Notes under the pieces: model-generated | Database searches by the model: none | The model's input: the letters and a program-made list of their open reading frames with translations, nothing else | Told to the model about the DNA's origin: nothing | Source of the DNA: Lama guanicoe | Taxonomy: Eukaryota | DNA: 64,000 nt | Direction: 5' to 3' | Assembly: GCA_013239625.1 (NCBI GenBank) | Contig: MU054187.1 | Coordinates: forward strand, 19,932,897 to 19,996,896 | Program-made: the position numbers and the translations under genes | Shown here: positions 1 through 12,859 of the stretch, in pieces | Numbering within the stretch: the first letter of the stretch is position 1 | Layout of the letters: each line of letters begins with the position of its first letter

Positions 1-41
1 TGTAAAATGATTATGAATCAATAAAAAAAGGTTAAAAAAAA
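1..41 (+). mobile_element. 3' terminus and A-tail of a young LINE-1 entering from the left edge
   Basis: TGTAAAATGATTATGAATCAATAAAAAAAGGTTAAAAAAAA is nearly the reverse complement of the L1 3' end at ~5299-5342 in this window. Confidence 0.8.
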
Positions 42-44
42 TAA

Positions 45-150
45 GGATAATAACATTTAATTCATGGTGTTGTTGTGAAGATTAAATCAAATAATACTTG
101 TAAAACACTTGGCTTAATGTCTGACACATAGTAAGTGGCTTATTATTAAG
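45..150 (+). mobile_element. MIR SINE 3' fragment
   Basis: GTTGTGAAGATTAAAT...AAAACACTT...TGACACATAGTAAGTG resembles the MIR core/tail. Confidence 0.7.
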
Positions 151-954
151 CGATTAATTTTTATTGTTATTTTATCCAGGATTTGACCTGCTTATAAACA
201 TATGTAAACTCTCTCTTCAGGATTATACTTCTGTGCAGCATTAAATATTTTTATGCAAAAGATTTCCGTATTTAGAATAGTGTCCTTAAGTCAGAATTCT
301 ATTGGAATTACTGGCTCAATAAATGTTTTTACAGCTTTGAATTTATGTGAAGAAATTACTTTCCAAAGAGCTGTAGCATTACCCCTCCTATCAAGAATGT
401 GAGTGTTTGATAATTTTATGTAGATTCTGGGCCCTGGGATACAGAGGTAAAGCAAAATAAAAGAGCTGTATCCTTAGCTGTAGCAGGCAATAATTTATTT
501 AAATTTTACACATTGGATAGGTAAGAAATGAAATGTCTACTGAGGACAAAGCACTCGGGAGATACTGGCATGATCTTCTGTATATACAATTTTTTTCCTA
601 GTGTCTCAGCACTTAATAAAAGAGAATTTATTATATCTTCCTGAACTAAACCTTAATATTAATAATTTGGTTTTGTTTTGGCTGGTAGGCCTTTAAAAGG
701 CGTTCAGAAAATACTTTATCAATCTGTATATTTTCCAGACAGGAGCTAACCCTTGGGCAATACATTCTTAGGGCTCTAATTTTAGCCTGTTTTAAAATCC
801 TGGCAGAGATAAAGCACGAATAACAAGAATGAGGGCAGGGTGGAAGAGAGAGTGGAGGTAATTAGACTGGGGTTGAAATTCCAAGATAGACATCATGAGA
901 CAGGTTCTCAACTATGACTATGGCAGTAGGGATACGGAAGAGGGCTTCAGATGG

Positions 955-1199
955 TGTTATGGGCCAAAATGTATCCCTTCTTATATTCCTGTGTTGAAAT
1001 CCTAAACCGTAGTACCTCAGAATGTGACTGTATTTGCAGATAGGATGTTTAAAGAGGTAATTAAAAGTAAACGAGGTCATGTGGGTGGGTCCTAACCCGA
1101 TACAACCTTTGTCTCCATTAAAAAAGGAGATTAGGACACAGACACACAGGGAGAGAAGGCCATGTGATGACACTGATAGAAGACAGCCACCTACAAGAA
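955..1199 (+). mobile_element. MaLR LTR (MLT1A/B-like), 5' half only
   Basis: TGTTATGG start; GTTGAAATCCTAA..CCTCAGAATGTGACTGTATTTG..GAGGTCAT..GGGTGGGTCCTAA are typical MLT1 motifs; ends at the next LTR. Confidence 0.8.
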
Positions 1200-1587
1200 T
1201 GTAGTTAAGCCCTTACAGGGAGAAACCCAGAGACAGGAATTTTCTCCTGCTCTCCTGTAAAATTAATAAACAGAAATCTCAGTTGAATAGAGTTGGGAGA
1301 CCAGGAGGGGGCGCTCCCACCCCTGTAAGATAGCAAACCCAACAGGAAGAAGAGTCATTTCCTGGCAAGGACTCAGCCAATGAAAAGCCATGGGTTCTCT
1401 GTTTACCGTAGCTCTCCCAATCTCCTTGTTCTCCCCATAAAAGTGCTTTCTGTCCCTAGCTCTGTGGGGACTTGCAGATGGCTTGCCATAGTTGCAGACC
1501 CCGAATTGCAATTCTCTGCTGATCCCAAAGAAACCCATCTTTGCTGGAAAAATATCTATGTGGCAGTCTGTCCGTTTTAGGTCAACA
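1200..1587 (+). mobile_element. ERV1-like solo LTR
   Basis: TG...CA termini (TGTAG...GGTCAACA), CCAAT at ~1377, CATAAAA TATA-like at ~1436; subfamily not determined. Confidence 0.7.
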
Positions 1588-1589
1588 AG

Positions 1590-2220
1590 CCTTTGTGCTG
1601 AGCCTTGGGGGAACAGCCACAGCAACTGCCAGCTTGCTCCCTGGCAACTGCTTCTCTGTTGGTTATAGTCTCGTAGCCCTGTGAGCTATCAGAGATAGGT
1701 GAATCGCGGCCTGTCCCTCAGGCAGCAGCTGTGAAAGTCGGAGCTCTAGTTGTGTGAACGAGCTGTCTCCGGGTAGGGGAGGTGGTGGCGGGGGGTGGAG
1801 GGGATGCTGGCAGCTTGGTTTTCTTATTGGAGCAAGCTGGAGGGAGAAGGCAAAGAAGGATCCACCAGCTCCCCCAGGATCTGGGGAGAACTGCTGTCAG
1901 CCCTGGTATGTGCTAATTAGAAGTCAGACCCTCAGGCAGCAGCTTGTAAAGTATGCTGTCAAACCCCTTCCAGGAAGAAACTGGGAGATAAGGGTTTCTG
2001 CCTGCTCTGTGCTGGGCCCTGTGGGGGCAGCTGCAGTGAGTGCTCAAAGGCCCATTAAGAACTGCCCCTTCCTTTGCTGTAGTCCTGCGGACTCTTAGGC
2101 TTTCGGAGCTGGGTGTTTGGGGGTCTTTCCATCAGGTGAGAAGCTAATGTTGGTTGGGTCACTAGAAGTGTGGTCCAAACGCCTCTCCTCAGGGGATTCC
2201 ATCCTGATTGTATGGGGCTA
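1590..2220 (-). mobile_element. Old LINE-1 5' UTR fragment
   Basis: GC-richer tract with GCTTTCGGAGCTGGGTGTTTGGGGG...CTAGAAGTGTGGTCCAAAC...CTCCTCAGGG resembling antisense L1M 5' UTR. Confidence 0.55.
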
Positions 2221-3377
2221 TCTAACTACTATTATCCAGGTAATGGTTAGCATGAAGTATGGACTTCATCCATTCTTTTCATTAAAATGTTTCCTTAACT
2301 AGTTGTTTACAACACTTGCTCATTCTCGCAAGCATCAAAAATTTTACTTGGTCATTTATTTTACAAATGATCGTTAATTTTCCTTAAAAAAATTCAAATT
2401 AGTAACCAAAAGGTCTTGTTACACAATAACTTTTGCCCTTGTTAGCTTTTTTCTGCTAAACTCTTTTTTTTTTTTGCAGCTGTTGCAAGGTGATTTGGAA
2501 TAAATTTAAACTTCCTTAATTGAATTAGGTTTTATTAAAGTTATAGAACTATGGATAATTAAGTCATGAACAATACACTACCTGAGATTCTAGAGGAAAA
2601 AAAAAACCAATGCATGCAAACCTGATTGTTGTTTTTCCTAGAGATACTAAATTAGGGCTGCAAAGACTGCTTTGTGTGTACTAAATTTGGAGCTTCTCTT
2701 TCAGCTATTAGCAGAGGAACCATAAACAAAATTAACTCAAGTGAAGGCTTCAGTGTAGCAATTTCTTCGGCTTTTCTGACTTTCTGAACAGCGATAACAT
2801 TTTCAAGTATTTTCTCTTTAAAGGAGACTGCTATTCGTATCACTAGTTTCTTTTCTTTATCAAATCAAGTAGAAAAGTACTTAATGGTGATTTAGAATTC
2901 AGCTAAGAGATTAAATGGTAAATACTGCTTTTTTGGAAAAAAATTTAAGAAAGGATTTTTCTGAAATATTTGATTATTTTATACTGTTTAACCTTTGATT
3001 TATTAGTTCATAACAAATAAGAACTAATTTCTTTTTGAGCTATTTTAGAAATTAAGATGGTAGAATATCTTTATTTTTAACAGGAGTTACTGGAAATGTA
3101 TAGAAGGACATTTATTGAAAAGGAGCATAAATCCTTTTAATAATTAGACATTCTCTTCCTTCTTTATTTCCACGATCTGAATCAAGTATGTAGGATTCGA
3201 TTTGTATAAAGGATACAGAGAAACATAAGTGAAAAAGGAGGGAATGTAATCCTAAAAAGGTACAAAATTAGAAATACCAATTATGTAACTACAGATTCAC
3301 AGAAATTCATGATTTACTTGTATATCTAAATTATATGTATTTTATGTCCTAAATATATCTTAATTTTAACTATTCAT

Positions 3378-3440
3378 TTCTCTCTGTCTCTTTCTGTCTC
3401 TGTCTCTCTCTCTCTCTCACATGTGCTCTCTCTCGCTCTC
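3378..3440. repeat. (CT)n-rich microsatellite
   Basis: TCTCTCTGTCTCTTTCTGTCTCTGTCTCTCTCTCTCTCTC visible directly. Confidence 0.9.
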
Positions 3441-3952
3441 ACTTGGCCACAGGTTGTTCATTGTACCATTTCAGGTGTACCACCCTTGCTGCTGGAATGT
3501 GCCTGGAGCCCCCTGGAGTTTCGTTGTGCTCAACCTTTGTGACCTCACCTCACATAGCAGTCCCATGAATCCAAGTTATGGCCCCTTCTTAATTTCTGTA
3601 CTAGCTCCATAGTTGGCCTGTATGAATTTTCTCTACTTGATTTTCTGTTTAAATTCCAAGTGAAAGAAGCACAAATTTCAGTTATAGATTGGCACTTGCT
3701 TAATATGGGGTGCTTTCAGAGAATGACTCCTTGGGGAATCCATCCACAGGATACATTCAGACTTCCTTATTAATGACATCACCAGTGCATTTCACTCATC
3801 TGTTTTTCCAAAGTATTTCTCTTCTAAAGAGACCTTTTAGTATCTAAAAAAACCCATGGGAACTTAATCTTCACTGGTTATTGGGTTGAGCATCCCCAAT
3901 TTTTGTGGCTCTTTGCTTCCACATTTGCAAAATGCAAGTTGTGGGACTAACT

Positions 3953-4106
3953 CAGAGGTTTTCAAATGCAGAATAGCATGAGACATTTGTTAAAAAAGAT
4001 AGATTCTAGGACTTCGTTTCAAGTCTGAATTATGAACATCAGGAATTCAGACCTGAGGCTGTATTTCTAAAATGCTTTGCAGGTGGTTCTGATTTGGAAA
4101 CCATTG
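3953..4106. mobile_element. hAT-Charlie MITE (MER5-like)
   Basis: Terminal inverted repeats CAGAGGTTTTCAAAT ... ATTTGGAAACCATTG. Confidence 0.6.
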
Positions 4107-4929
4107 GAACAAGGATTATAATCCTTGTCCACATACCAACTGCCCAAGATGAGTTCTTCTTTTACATTTATAATAGAGTTTTTTTGGTAATATCTTCCCC
4201 CTTTTCCCTCTCTTCCTTTTCCTCTCCCTCCCCCTCATTATTTTGAATCTGGCTTGCTATTCATTCTATTTACTAAATCTATTTTGTGCCACGAATGCAG
4301 TGTTACTGTGCTGACCGCATACGTTGTACCTAAAGCTGTTTTACCGTATGTCTGCTTTCAGAATACCATTGCTATTTTGAGTTATTATTTGTTGATTTCT
4401 GAGCTTAAGTTATTAGATAGATCTACTTTGGTCTCAATTTATCATTCTTCATTGACTATGGATGGCTTTTCCTTAACAAGAATCAAGTATTTCCTGACTA
4501 TAGAAGAGAAAATACTAAAATGATGAGAAGAATAAAATTATTTTAGCTTGGTTAACTGACAATTGGAGATATTGTGATGGAGAAAACATTAGAAATCAGA
4601 AATACATCTGTGAAATGTGGCATGTTTTAAGGAGACAATAGAATGAGAAGAAAAGAAGGCTCTGTTGCTGAAAGATAATCCCGGTCACAGATTACATCAA
4701 CAGTTGTTTATGGGACACTGTTCTATATCTGCCTATCCTGATGATGCAGGGGTGAACAAAAAAGGACAGGTTTTTTTTTGGTTTTTTTGTTTTTTTGTTT
4801 TTTTTTCTCACATGTATTATATGTTTAATCATAGGTACATGACTTTGGTTTTACAAAAATGGTATAATGTACTTTGTCTCCTGTTTGGCAACTTGCACTT
4901 TTCAACTAATTTTAAATATGAAGAAATGA

Positions 4930-5075
4930 GAAGTAACAATAAGAAATAAATAATATATTCTAGTGAAAATGAATATATGTATGTACATGTATGACTGAAC
5001 TGTTACGCTATATACCAGAAATTGACACAACATTGTAAACTGACTATACTTATATAAAATAATAATAATAATATA
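4930..5075 (+). mobile_element. Short 5'-truncated LINE-1 3' end with A-rich tail
   Basis: AAATTGACACAACATTGTAAACTGACTATA then (AAT)n tail; homologous to the minus-strand L1 ends at ~5300 and ~21180. Confidence 0.75.
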
Positions 5076-5298
5076 TTCTGAAGAAGTGTCCATGTCAGTA
5101 CCTGTGAGGCTTCTTGATAATTTTTCATGTCTGCATAGTGTTTCATTATTTTTTTAATGATAACCATTCAGACACATTTTGGTGGTTTCTAATTTTTTTG
5201 CAATTATAGAAAAATGTTTTTGTGAATATACTTATACACAAACACGCACAGGTAATTCTTTAGGTGTATGTTTTAGTATGTATCTTTAAGACAGATTC

Positions 5299-6040
5299 TT
5301 TTTTTTTTTTAAGATTTTTTATTGATTTATAATCATTTTACAATGTTGTGTCAAATTCCAGTGTTCAGCACAATTTTTCAGTCATTCATGGACGTATACA
5401 TACTCATTGTCACATTTTTTTCTCTGTGATTTATCATAACATTTTGTGTATATTTCCCTGTGCTATACAGTGTAATCTTGTTTATCTATTCTACAATTTT
5501 AAAATCCCAGTCTATCCCTTCCCACCCTCCACCCCCCTGGTAACCACTAGTCTGTATTCTCTGTCTGTGAGTCTATTTCTGTCCTGTATTTATGCTTTGT
5601 TTTTGTTTGTTTGTTTGTTTGTTTGTTTTTGTTTTTTAGATTCCACATATGAGCGATCTCATATGGTATTTTTCTTTCTCTTTCTGGCTTACTTCACTTA
5701 GAATGACATTCTCCAGGAGCATCCATGTTGCTGCAAATGGCATTATGTTGTCAGTTTTTATGGCTGAATAGAATTCCATTGTATAAATGTACCACATCTT
5801 CTTTATCTAGTCACCTGTTGATGGACATTTAGGCTGTTTCCATGTTTTGGCTATTGTAAATAGTGCTGCTATGAACACTGGGGTGCAGGTGTCATCCTGA
5901 AGTAGATTTCCTTCTGGGTATAAGCCCAGGAGTGGGATTCCTGGGTCATATGGTAAGTCTAGTCTTTTGAGGAATCTCCACTGTTTTCCACAGTGGCTGC
6001 ACCAAACTGCATTCCCACCAGCAGTGTAGGAGGGTTCCCC
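5299..6040 (-). mobile_element. Young 5'-truncated LINE-1 (3' UTR plus end of ORF2)
   Basis: Poly-T at 5299-5310; high similarity to 21180-21885; GACAGATT repeated on both flanks (5290-5297, 6047-6054) as candidate TSD. Confidence 0.92.
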
Positions 6041-6059
6041 AAAAAGGACAGATTTTGAT

Positions 6060-6790
6060 CATCTGATTAGACTCCCGCTGGTGGAAAGACAATCAATAAT
6101 CAATTTGGTAATCAATAATCAATTTGGTAAATACTAATATGAAAATAGTGGTTAAGTGTTAAAAAGAAAAAGTGAACGGGATGATGTGATAGAAAGTGTC
6201 TGTGTGGTCACTTTCCTGAGGAGGCTAGGAAAGCCCTCACTGAAAAAAGTAACATTTAAGCATGTAATTCATTGACCAGAAGGCAATTCTGCAAAGATCA
6301 GGGGAAGAACATTTTGAGAAAAGAGAGCTTGGTGCATTTGGGGAGCCAAGAAAAGGTCACTATGTCAGGAAAGAAGTAGATAAGAGGCAAGAATATTGGG
6401 AGGTGATGTCAATATAAGGTAAATCTTGTAGGGCTTTGCAGATATTACTTGTAAGGCAAAATAAGTAATTTGTCTTTAAGGAGTAGCATTATTTCATTTT
6501 ATTTATATGTTTTGACTGCCAAGTAAAGAATACACTAGAAGGGACCATTAATAAGTTTAGGGAGCTCAGTTAGGAGTCTGTTGCATTGGTTAAACACCAT
6601 ATGGTTATTCATTGGACTAGAGTGATGGCAGAAGAGTGGGGATTGAAATACGAGGTCCAGATAGAGTAGATAAAACCTGCTGACAGACTGATAAGTGGAA
6701 TTGATGGAGAGAGAAGCACAGAAAACTTATGTCTGAGTAACTAAGCTGATGGTGCTGTTATTTTCTGAGATGTCGAGGACTGTCAGCAGC
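6060..6790 (-). mobile_element. L2 LINE fragments
   Basis: Purine-rich degenerate L2-like motifs (GCAAAGATCAGGGGAAGAACATT, TGAGTAACTAAGCTGATGGTGCTG). Confidence 0.55.
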
Positions 6791-7327
6791 CTATCACCTA
6801 CCCATTCTTCTTTTACAACTCTCTCAGGTGTTTTGATATGGGATCCCATAGTCAGTTTTGTGTAGTGAAAAGAGTTTATTTTGAAACATCTACACTTTGC
6901 CTTTCACCAAGTTTGGGCATTGGGAAAATCACATAGATTTTGTGAATTCAAATTTCCAATTTGTGATCAAACCATTAAATGAGAACATGAATGTCTATAG
7001 CAGAGGACCTGTACACAGTAAGAGCGCAGTTCTTTACATATGAATTCAACCTTCCCCAACTACATTCTCTCCTCTCACTGTAGTGCATGGTTTTCTGGAG
7101 ATTTAGATGCCGCTAACCAAGGTTGTCACTTATGCTCATTTTAGTAGGTGTTATCTGACATGATGGAGAACTCTGAAGGTTTTTATAACATCTAGTTGAC
7201 GAAAAGCCCATCTTGGATGTCATTACCATTTGAATTTACTTCTGAAGACCAAATGTTTCTCTAGTTTTCAGCTCACAACAACCTGACCATATTGGAAAAA
7301 CTATTTGGTTCTTCTGATCTTGCATGG

Positions 7328-7328
<1 letters not shown>

Positions 7329-7359
<31 letters not shown>
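7329..7359. repeat. (GT)n microsatellite
   Basis: About 15 GT units adjoining the T-rich tail of an L1. Confidence 0.95.
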
Positions 7360-7362
<3 letters not shown>

Positions 7363-7626
7363 TCTCTTTTTTTCCCTTGAGATGTAAATGTTGTATCACA
7401 TGTAATTTTAAGGTGAGCAATGCAAGGATTTGGTATGTGTATACACTGTGATATATTTATCACATTTAGGTTAGTTAATACATCCTTTACATCACATAAT
7501 TACCATTTTGTATTGTTATGGTGAGAACATTAAAGTTCTACTCTCATAGCAACTTTCAAGTATACAGTACAATATTGTTAACTATGGTCACCAGACCATA
7601 GTTAGATTCCCAGACCTTATTCATCT

Positions 7627-8127
7627 TGTAGTAGGGACGGTCAAATCTGACTCCACATTAGGTCTGCTCCTTTAACTCTAAACTCTGTTTCCTGTGCTTA
7701 GTCATGCTGGTTCTGCACCTTTTGTAAAAGAATGTTGCCAATAGCCTGAAATATACAGGACAGCCCATTCTGAAGGCTCTGACCTTTAAGGTTATAACAC
7801 TTTTCTATTCATATAGACATAAAAAGTTACAGAGCAGAGAATAACATTTGTCTTGCTGAGGATTTATAGGAACACCCCTAGTGGACAGCAGCAAGAACAA
7901 AGGATTCCAACACCAAGAAGTTTGCAACAACCAACCACACCTCCTCCCCTTTTTAGTATAAAAGGAGCCTGAATTCTGACTTGAGAAAGATAGCTCTCTA
8001 AGACATTAGTTCCACATCTTCTTGGTCTGCTGGCTTTATGAATAAAGTCATTATTCCTTGCCCCAGCACTTCATCTCCCAGTTTATAGGCCTATCTTGTG
8101 GTGAGCAAGAGTCTGGGCTTGGTAACA
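7627..8127 (+). mobile_element. ERV1-like solo LTR, copy A
   Basis: TG...CA ends, TATAAAA at ~7957, AATAAA at 8041, exact 4-bp TSD ATCT (7623-7626/8128-8131); homologous to 47068-47555. Confidence 0.9.
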
Positions 8128-8150
8128 ATCTTAAAATTGAAAGTTTGTAC

Positions 8151-8202
8151 CCTTTGACTAACGTCTTTCCATTTTACCTTTGACTAACGTCTTTCCATTT
8201 TA
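8151..8202. repeat. 26-bp perfect tandem duplication
   Basis: CCTTTGACTAACGTCTTTCCATTTTA x2. Confidence 0.95.
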
Positions 8203-11149
8203 CCCACCTTTCAGCCCCTGGCAACCACCTTCTACTGTTTCAATGAGCTGATGCTTTTAGATTCCATATACACTGAGGTCATGCAGTATTTGTTTTCCTC
8301 TGACTTATCTCACTTAGCATAATGCCCTCAGAGTCCATCCATTATGTTGTAAATGGCAGGATTTCCTTCTTGTTATGGCTGAGTAATATTTCATTGTATA
8401 CGTATATGCCACATTTGAAAATACATTCATCCATCAAAAGGTTTGTCCAAGATTGTTTCTGGCAGTGTTTTGGCTCTTGTGAATAATGCTGCAATGAACC
8501 TGGAAGTCCAGATGTCTCTTTGAGATAGTGATGTTTTCTTCTGCAGATAAATACCCAGAAGTGGGATTGCTGGGTCATATGATAGTTCTATTTTTAATTT
8601 TTGGAGGAACTTCCATACTGTTTTCCATAGTGCCTGTACCAGTTTGTGTTCCCCTCAACAGAGCACCTGCTGTCAGTGTGCATTGCTGTGACCGCTGGGC
8701 CTTGCTGCAGGCTTGTAGCTTTGGAGGCAGGTGATGGCAGCTGTCCTGACTACTGCTCTCTTCAGTGGCAAAAGCAGCTGAGTCCATCTGCAGAGCAGGT
8801 CACTGGAAGTCCTGATTCCTCCAGCTGTGTGGCTGCTTCTGTTAGCCCCTGCTTTTCTTGTTCTTCATCATCTCTGTAGGTCTCAGTTTTGCAGGTCTCT
8901 GGGTGGAGTGAAACTGAATAGGGACCTTCTTGCAGTGCCCTGAAAGGCTAAGGAACCTGACTGCTTACCCTTCTTTACCTTTCCCTGCCAGGGGAACTTT
9001 TTCTAGCTGAGGAGTTCCCTCTTGGTGCTGAGCGATGCTGGCTTGGGAGATGGGATGATACAGGCAGAATGAAGCTTTCTTCCCTTTTTGTGAGGTTGTT
9101 TTCAGGATTTCTGTTCCACTGTGTTGCTGGTATTCCTAAATGAACTCCAGAGCTTTCCCAGAGCTGTTTTTGTTTGTGGATAGCTCACTGTTGATCGTTG
9201 TGGGAGGTCAGAGGCGCTCTCCTACATCGCCATCTTGATGGCATCACTTGTAAACTGTGAGTCTTCTTAATTTACTAAAGGAAAATCAACACTTCTAGAA
9301 GCAAGAATAGTAGAATAGTATCAGAAAACTCAGTGAAAATGAAACACCTGGTCACTTGAGTAAACTGATGAAAACACAGCTGTGACTCACAATCAAGGTT
9401 GATATGTATGTTTACATACAAATATTTGAATCATATGTGAAAACAAAGCAGTGAATGGGAGTAAGAGATATATGAAAAATCTGGATGCTGCTAGAAATAC
9501 AATTACATATTCTCTTTTTATAGAATATAGAAATAATTAGAAAATAAGCATTTAACAGTATAGAAACAATACAGAAAATTAGTATTTTCCCACCTGTGTG
9601 CATACTGTGATTTTTAATGCATGTATGATAGTGCACCATATAAATTCATTGTGTGTTATTTAGTAAGGTTTCTAAACACCAGTAGAACGCTGATTTAACA
9701 ACCACACTCACAATTTTGTGCTACTTAACAAAACAGGATCGGGCATTTCAGAAATTTGTGGACTCATTTGTTCGTGGATTTGCTGTGCCTTTGCCTGCTA
9801 ATGCAGAGTTGTGATCAGCTACATCCCAGTGGGGATGCTCTATATTTTGAATATATTCTCTTTTGGATCTGAGATTTTGATATGCTGAATCATAGCTTTG
9901 GGATACTACTCTTTTTTATGGATGGTGAACAAATTGAATTATTTTTAAAAAGGCAGTAAATGGTATGTTTTAAGAAGTCTGTATAGTTTACCCTTAGCTC
10001 CTTTCCTATATTTAAATATGTTTAAAAAAATCACAGTCCCTAATACTTCTAAAGCTAGAATTAGAGTGCAGTAAGGCTGTCTGGAATCTTGTTATCTGTC
10101 ATTCTAAATCCTCTTGAAGTTAGGTATAAAGAATAATAGATATATATTCAGTCAGGATACTGGAGATTTTTACTGGCTTTTGGATTAGAAGATTTTTCAA
10201 CTATCAGTGTTTAAGCTTCAAGTTGTTGTCAGTTAGTCTTGACAAGGCCAAAATAAGATTCTAATAGTTGTGATTGTGGAGAAGGTGCTTTTTCATTAGG
10301 TGAGGCAAAGTGTCAATTAGAAGGGCATTGAGATAAAGAAATTGAAACTAGAGTAAGTTTATACTTTTTCATGGATGATAAGAAAATCCATTTTCGAGGT
10401 GCATTTCGCTGAGGATCTACTGTCAGAGGCAAAGCTGGAATACCCTGCCCACTTAAAAGACTGCCTTTAGCCCTTGAAAGACTTCTTAACTGCCTAATAA
10501 TCATTTCAAGAGAATTTTTGTGTATACAAAATAAGACTATTTTAAATGAAATGAAATGCCAAGGCCCAATAATGGCAGTAACTTTTAAAGAAGCTACAAT
10601 CAGCAATCTTTTCCTCCTTTTAGTCTTTCCTAGTGGTTCCCTACCATTTAGCACCTGCAGTCTCTCATTGGGGTATCTAATCTTATAAGGAAGTCTGAAA
10701 ACTATAATTAATGTATAGCCACAAAAATAAACACTTTCTACGTTTCCAGTACGACTGTCCTTTTTAAGAGGCAATGCGTGGTAAGACTAAGCTTAAGATT
10801 TTAGTACAACATTGAAAATTGAGCTGCATGAAACACTAGGCTAGAATGTGCTGTCCTGACTATTCTATATAAAGAGAATTAAGTTTCTCTCTGATGGTTA
10901 CTGCATACGGTAAAAATGGTTGGATAGATTTTTCTCAAATCAAGAAAGCCTTCTTAGGACTTAATACGGAGGCTATGTATTAAATAAGAAATTCGCTTAG
11001 GGAAGACCCAGGAGACCTTCATAGTGGTGCCTCCAGTGAGCTTCAGGCATTGATTTGCACAGAGCTGCTTCTCAAGCTGCAACTTGATTCAGTTTGCTTC
11101 TAGGTAAGTAGCATTAGAGATTTATCTATAGTTCATGATTCTTCCTTTT

Positions 11150-12690
11150 CTTAGGAAAATAATATAATGTTGAAAATTAGCTACTTCCTTCTGCCCTCTG
11201 CAGTTTCCTAGGAGAAATTCAGTTGTCATTAGAATGAGTGTTTCCCTGTAAGAAATGCCTCATTTATCTCTGACTGCTTTCAAGGCTTTTTGTTTTTGTT
11301 TTTGTTTTGTCTTAGTTTTCAGAAGTTTAATTGTGATGGGCCTTGCCAAGGTTTTCTTTGGGTTTATCCTGTTTTAAGTTTCCCTATATTCTTGAATCTC
11401 TAGGTTTGCGTCTTTTGTTAAATTTGGGAAGCATTTATCCATTATTTCTTCAATTACCCTTTCCACCCTACTCCTCCTTTTCTCCTTGCTTTCTAGGATT
11501 CTGATGATATGAATATTGGCTCTTTTGTTATATTCCCATGGATCTCTGTGTCTCTGTTTATTTTTTTTTTCCAGTCTACTTTCTGTTTTCTCATACTGGG
11601 TAAACTCTGCTGATGTTTCCTCAAGTTCATTGATTCCCTACCCTGTCATCTCCACTATTATTGAAACCATCCACCAACTTTTTTATTCTTATTATCATAT
11701 TTTTTCAATTCTATAATTTGCATTTAGATAATTTTTTATTATTTCCACCTCTTTGGTGAGATTTTCTTTTTTTTTTTCCCCAGTTGTTTCAAGAGAATTT
11801 GTAATTGATTATTAAAGCACTTTTATAATGGCTGCTTAAAATCCTTGTCAGATAATTTTTAGAGCTGATTCGTCTTGTTGTTGGCATCAGCTGATTGTCT
11901 TTTCTCATTCAAGTTGTGATTTCTTGATTCTTGGTAAGCAGAGTGATTTTTGGTTGTATCCTCGTCATGTCATCTGTTATGATAGGAAACTCTGGATCTT
12001 ATTTAAATTTTATATTTAGCAGGCAATTATCCTGTTGTTTAGTACACAGGCTCTGGCTTATTGTTTTGGTTCCAAAAAGAGTTCAATTTTCAGAGGCTTT
12101 ACAATATTATTTTGGTCTAGTTGGTTGATCAGGCACTGATGTGGTAGCTATTGGTTCCTGCTGATGCTGCCCAAGAAGACAGAAGAAGCTTCCTGAGGCA
12201 GGGAGCACTGTCTCTGGGTGGAAGGGAGGAGCCTCAGTCCATCTGGACTTTGAGACGCCCCCGGCCAGGTGGGGTTGTGGTGGGGTCCCACTTGCTAGTG
12301 TTGCCCAGCTGCCTTATGTCTCTCGGTGAAGGAGAGCCTTTCCTCTGCAGCCTATTGTTACTGGGGTTCCCTATCGATCCCCCTTACGGGTGGTGCTGGG
12401 CTCACCTAGTGTAATCAAAGCGACTCCCATTCCACTGGGGGAAGGAATGAACCTCCCTTGCCTGAATGTTATTGCTAGAGTGGGAGATGAATGCATGTAA
12501 ATTGCCCTCCTCTTGTATTATTTTTCTAGTCCTGGGATTCCAAACCAGTTTGCCTTCCTCTTCTTACCTGCCAGAGTTTTTCTTTGATTCCCTTTTGTAT
12601 TATTATTTCCAGAATTTATAGTTAACCTTAGTATGGAGATGCAGGGAAAAATGAGTCTATGTGTCTTGTCCGGATCTCAAGTTGCCCCCT
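11150..12690 (-). mobile_element. Ancient LINE-1 5' region (ORF1/5' UTR remnant)
   Basis: T-rich antisense L1 pattern (TTTGGGAAGCATTTATCCATTATTTCTTC, CTCTGACTGCTTTCAAG) grading into GC-richer 5' UTR-like sequence. Confidence 0.7.
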
Positions 12691-12859
12691 AACATACCAT
12701 GATGAAAAAAGAAAGAAATTTGAGGTGAAGCAGTTTCAGCTTGGGATCCTTGTTTGACCGCTAGTCTATATGATGTATATGATCCTATACATTGTAATCT
12801 TACCCTAATTCAGGCACTGTTCCAGACACTGAAGATCCAGTGGAGTGTAGAAGAGGTAG

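Larger units (their letters stand above)
7360..9248 (-). mobile_element. Older LINE-1 (L1MA-like): 3' UTR/ORF2 end (7360-8660) joined to 5' UTR-like sequence (8661-9248), interrupted by an LTR
   Basis: L1 3' UTR motifs; ORF2 C-terminal remnant ([18 protein letters not shown]); CGCCATCTTG at ~9228 is the antisense of the CAAGATGGCG L1 start motif. Confidence 0.75.

Noticed and set aside
955..1600. MLT1 not resuming after the ERV1-like LTR as a special rearrangement
   Set aside because: Truncation among old nested repeats is common and the neighbours are recognisable repeats. It also shows that truncation alone is not what makes 38501-39020 unusual.
6091..6130. AATCAATAATCAATTTGGT x2, and similar duplications at 8151-8202 and ~50452-50479, as a CRISPR-like or functional array
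   Set aside because: Only two adjacent copies with no spacers; ordinary slippage duplications.
9737..9814. Peptide-like stretch DRAFQKFVDSFVRGFAVPLPANAEL* as a terminal exon
   Set aside because: The preceding AG lacks a polypyrimidine tract and I recognise no matching protein.
10313..10774. 153-aa minus-strand ORF
   Set aside because: Non-ATG start, no recognisable domain, AT-rich non-coding composition; compatible with chance.
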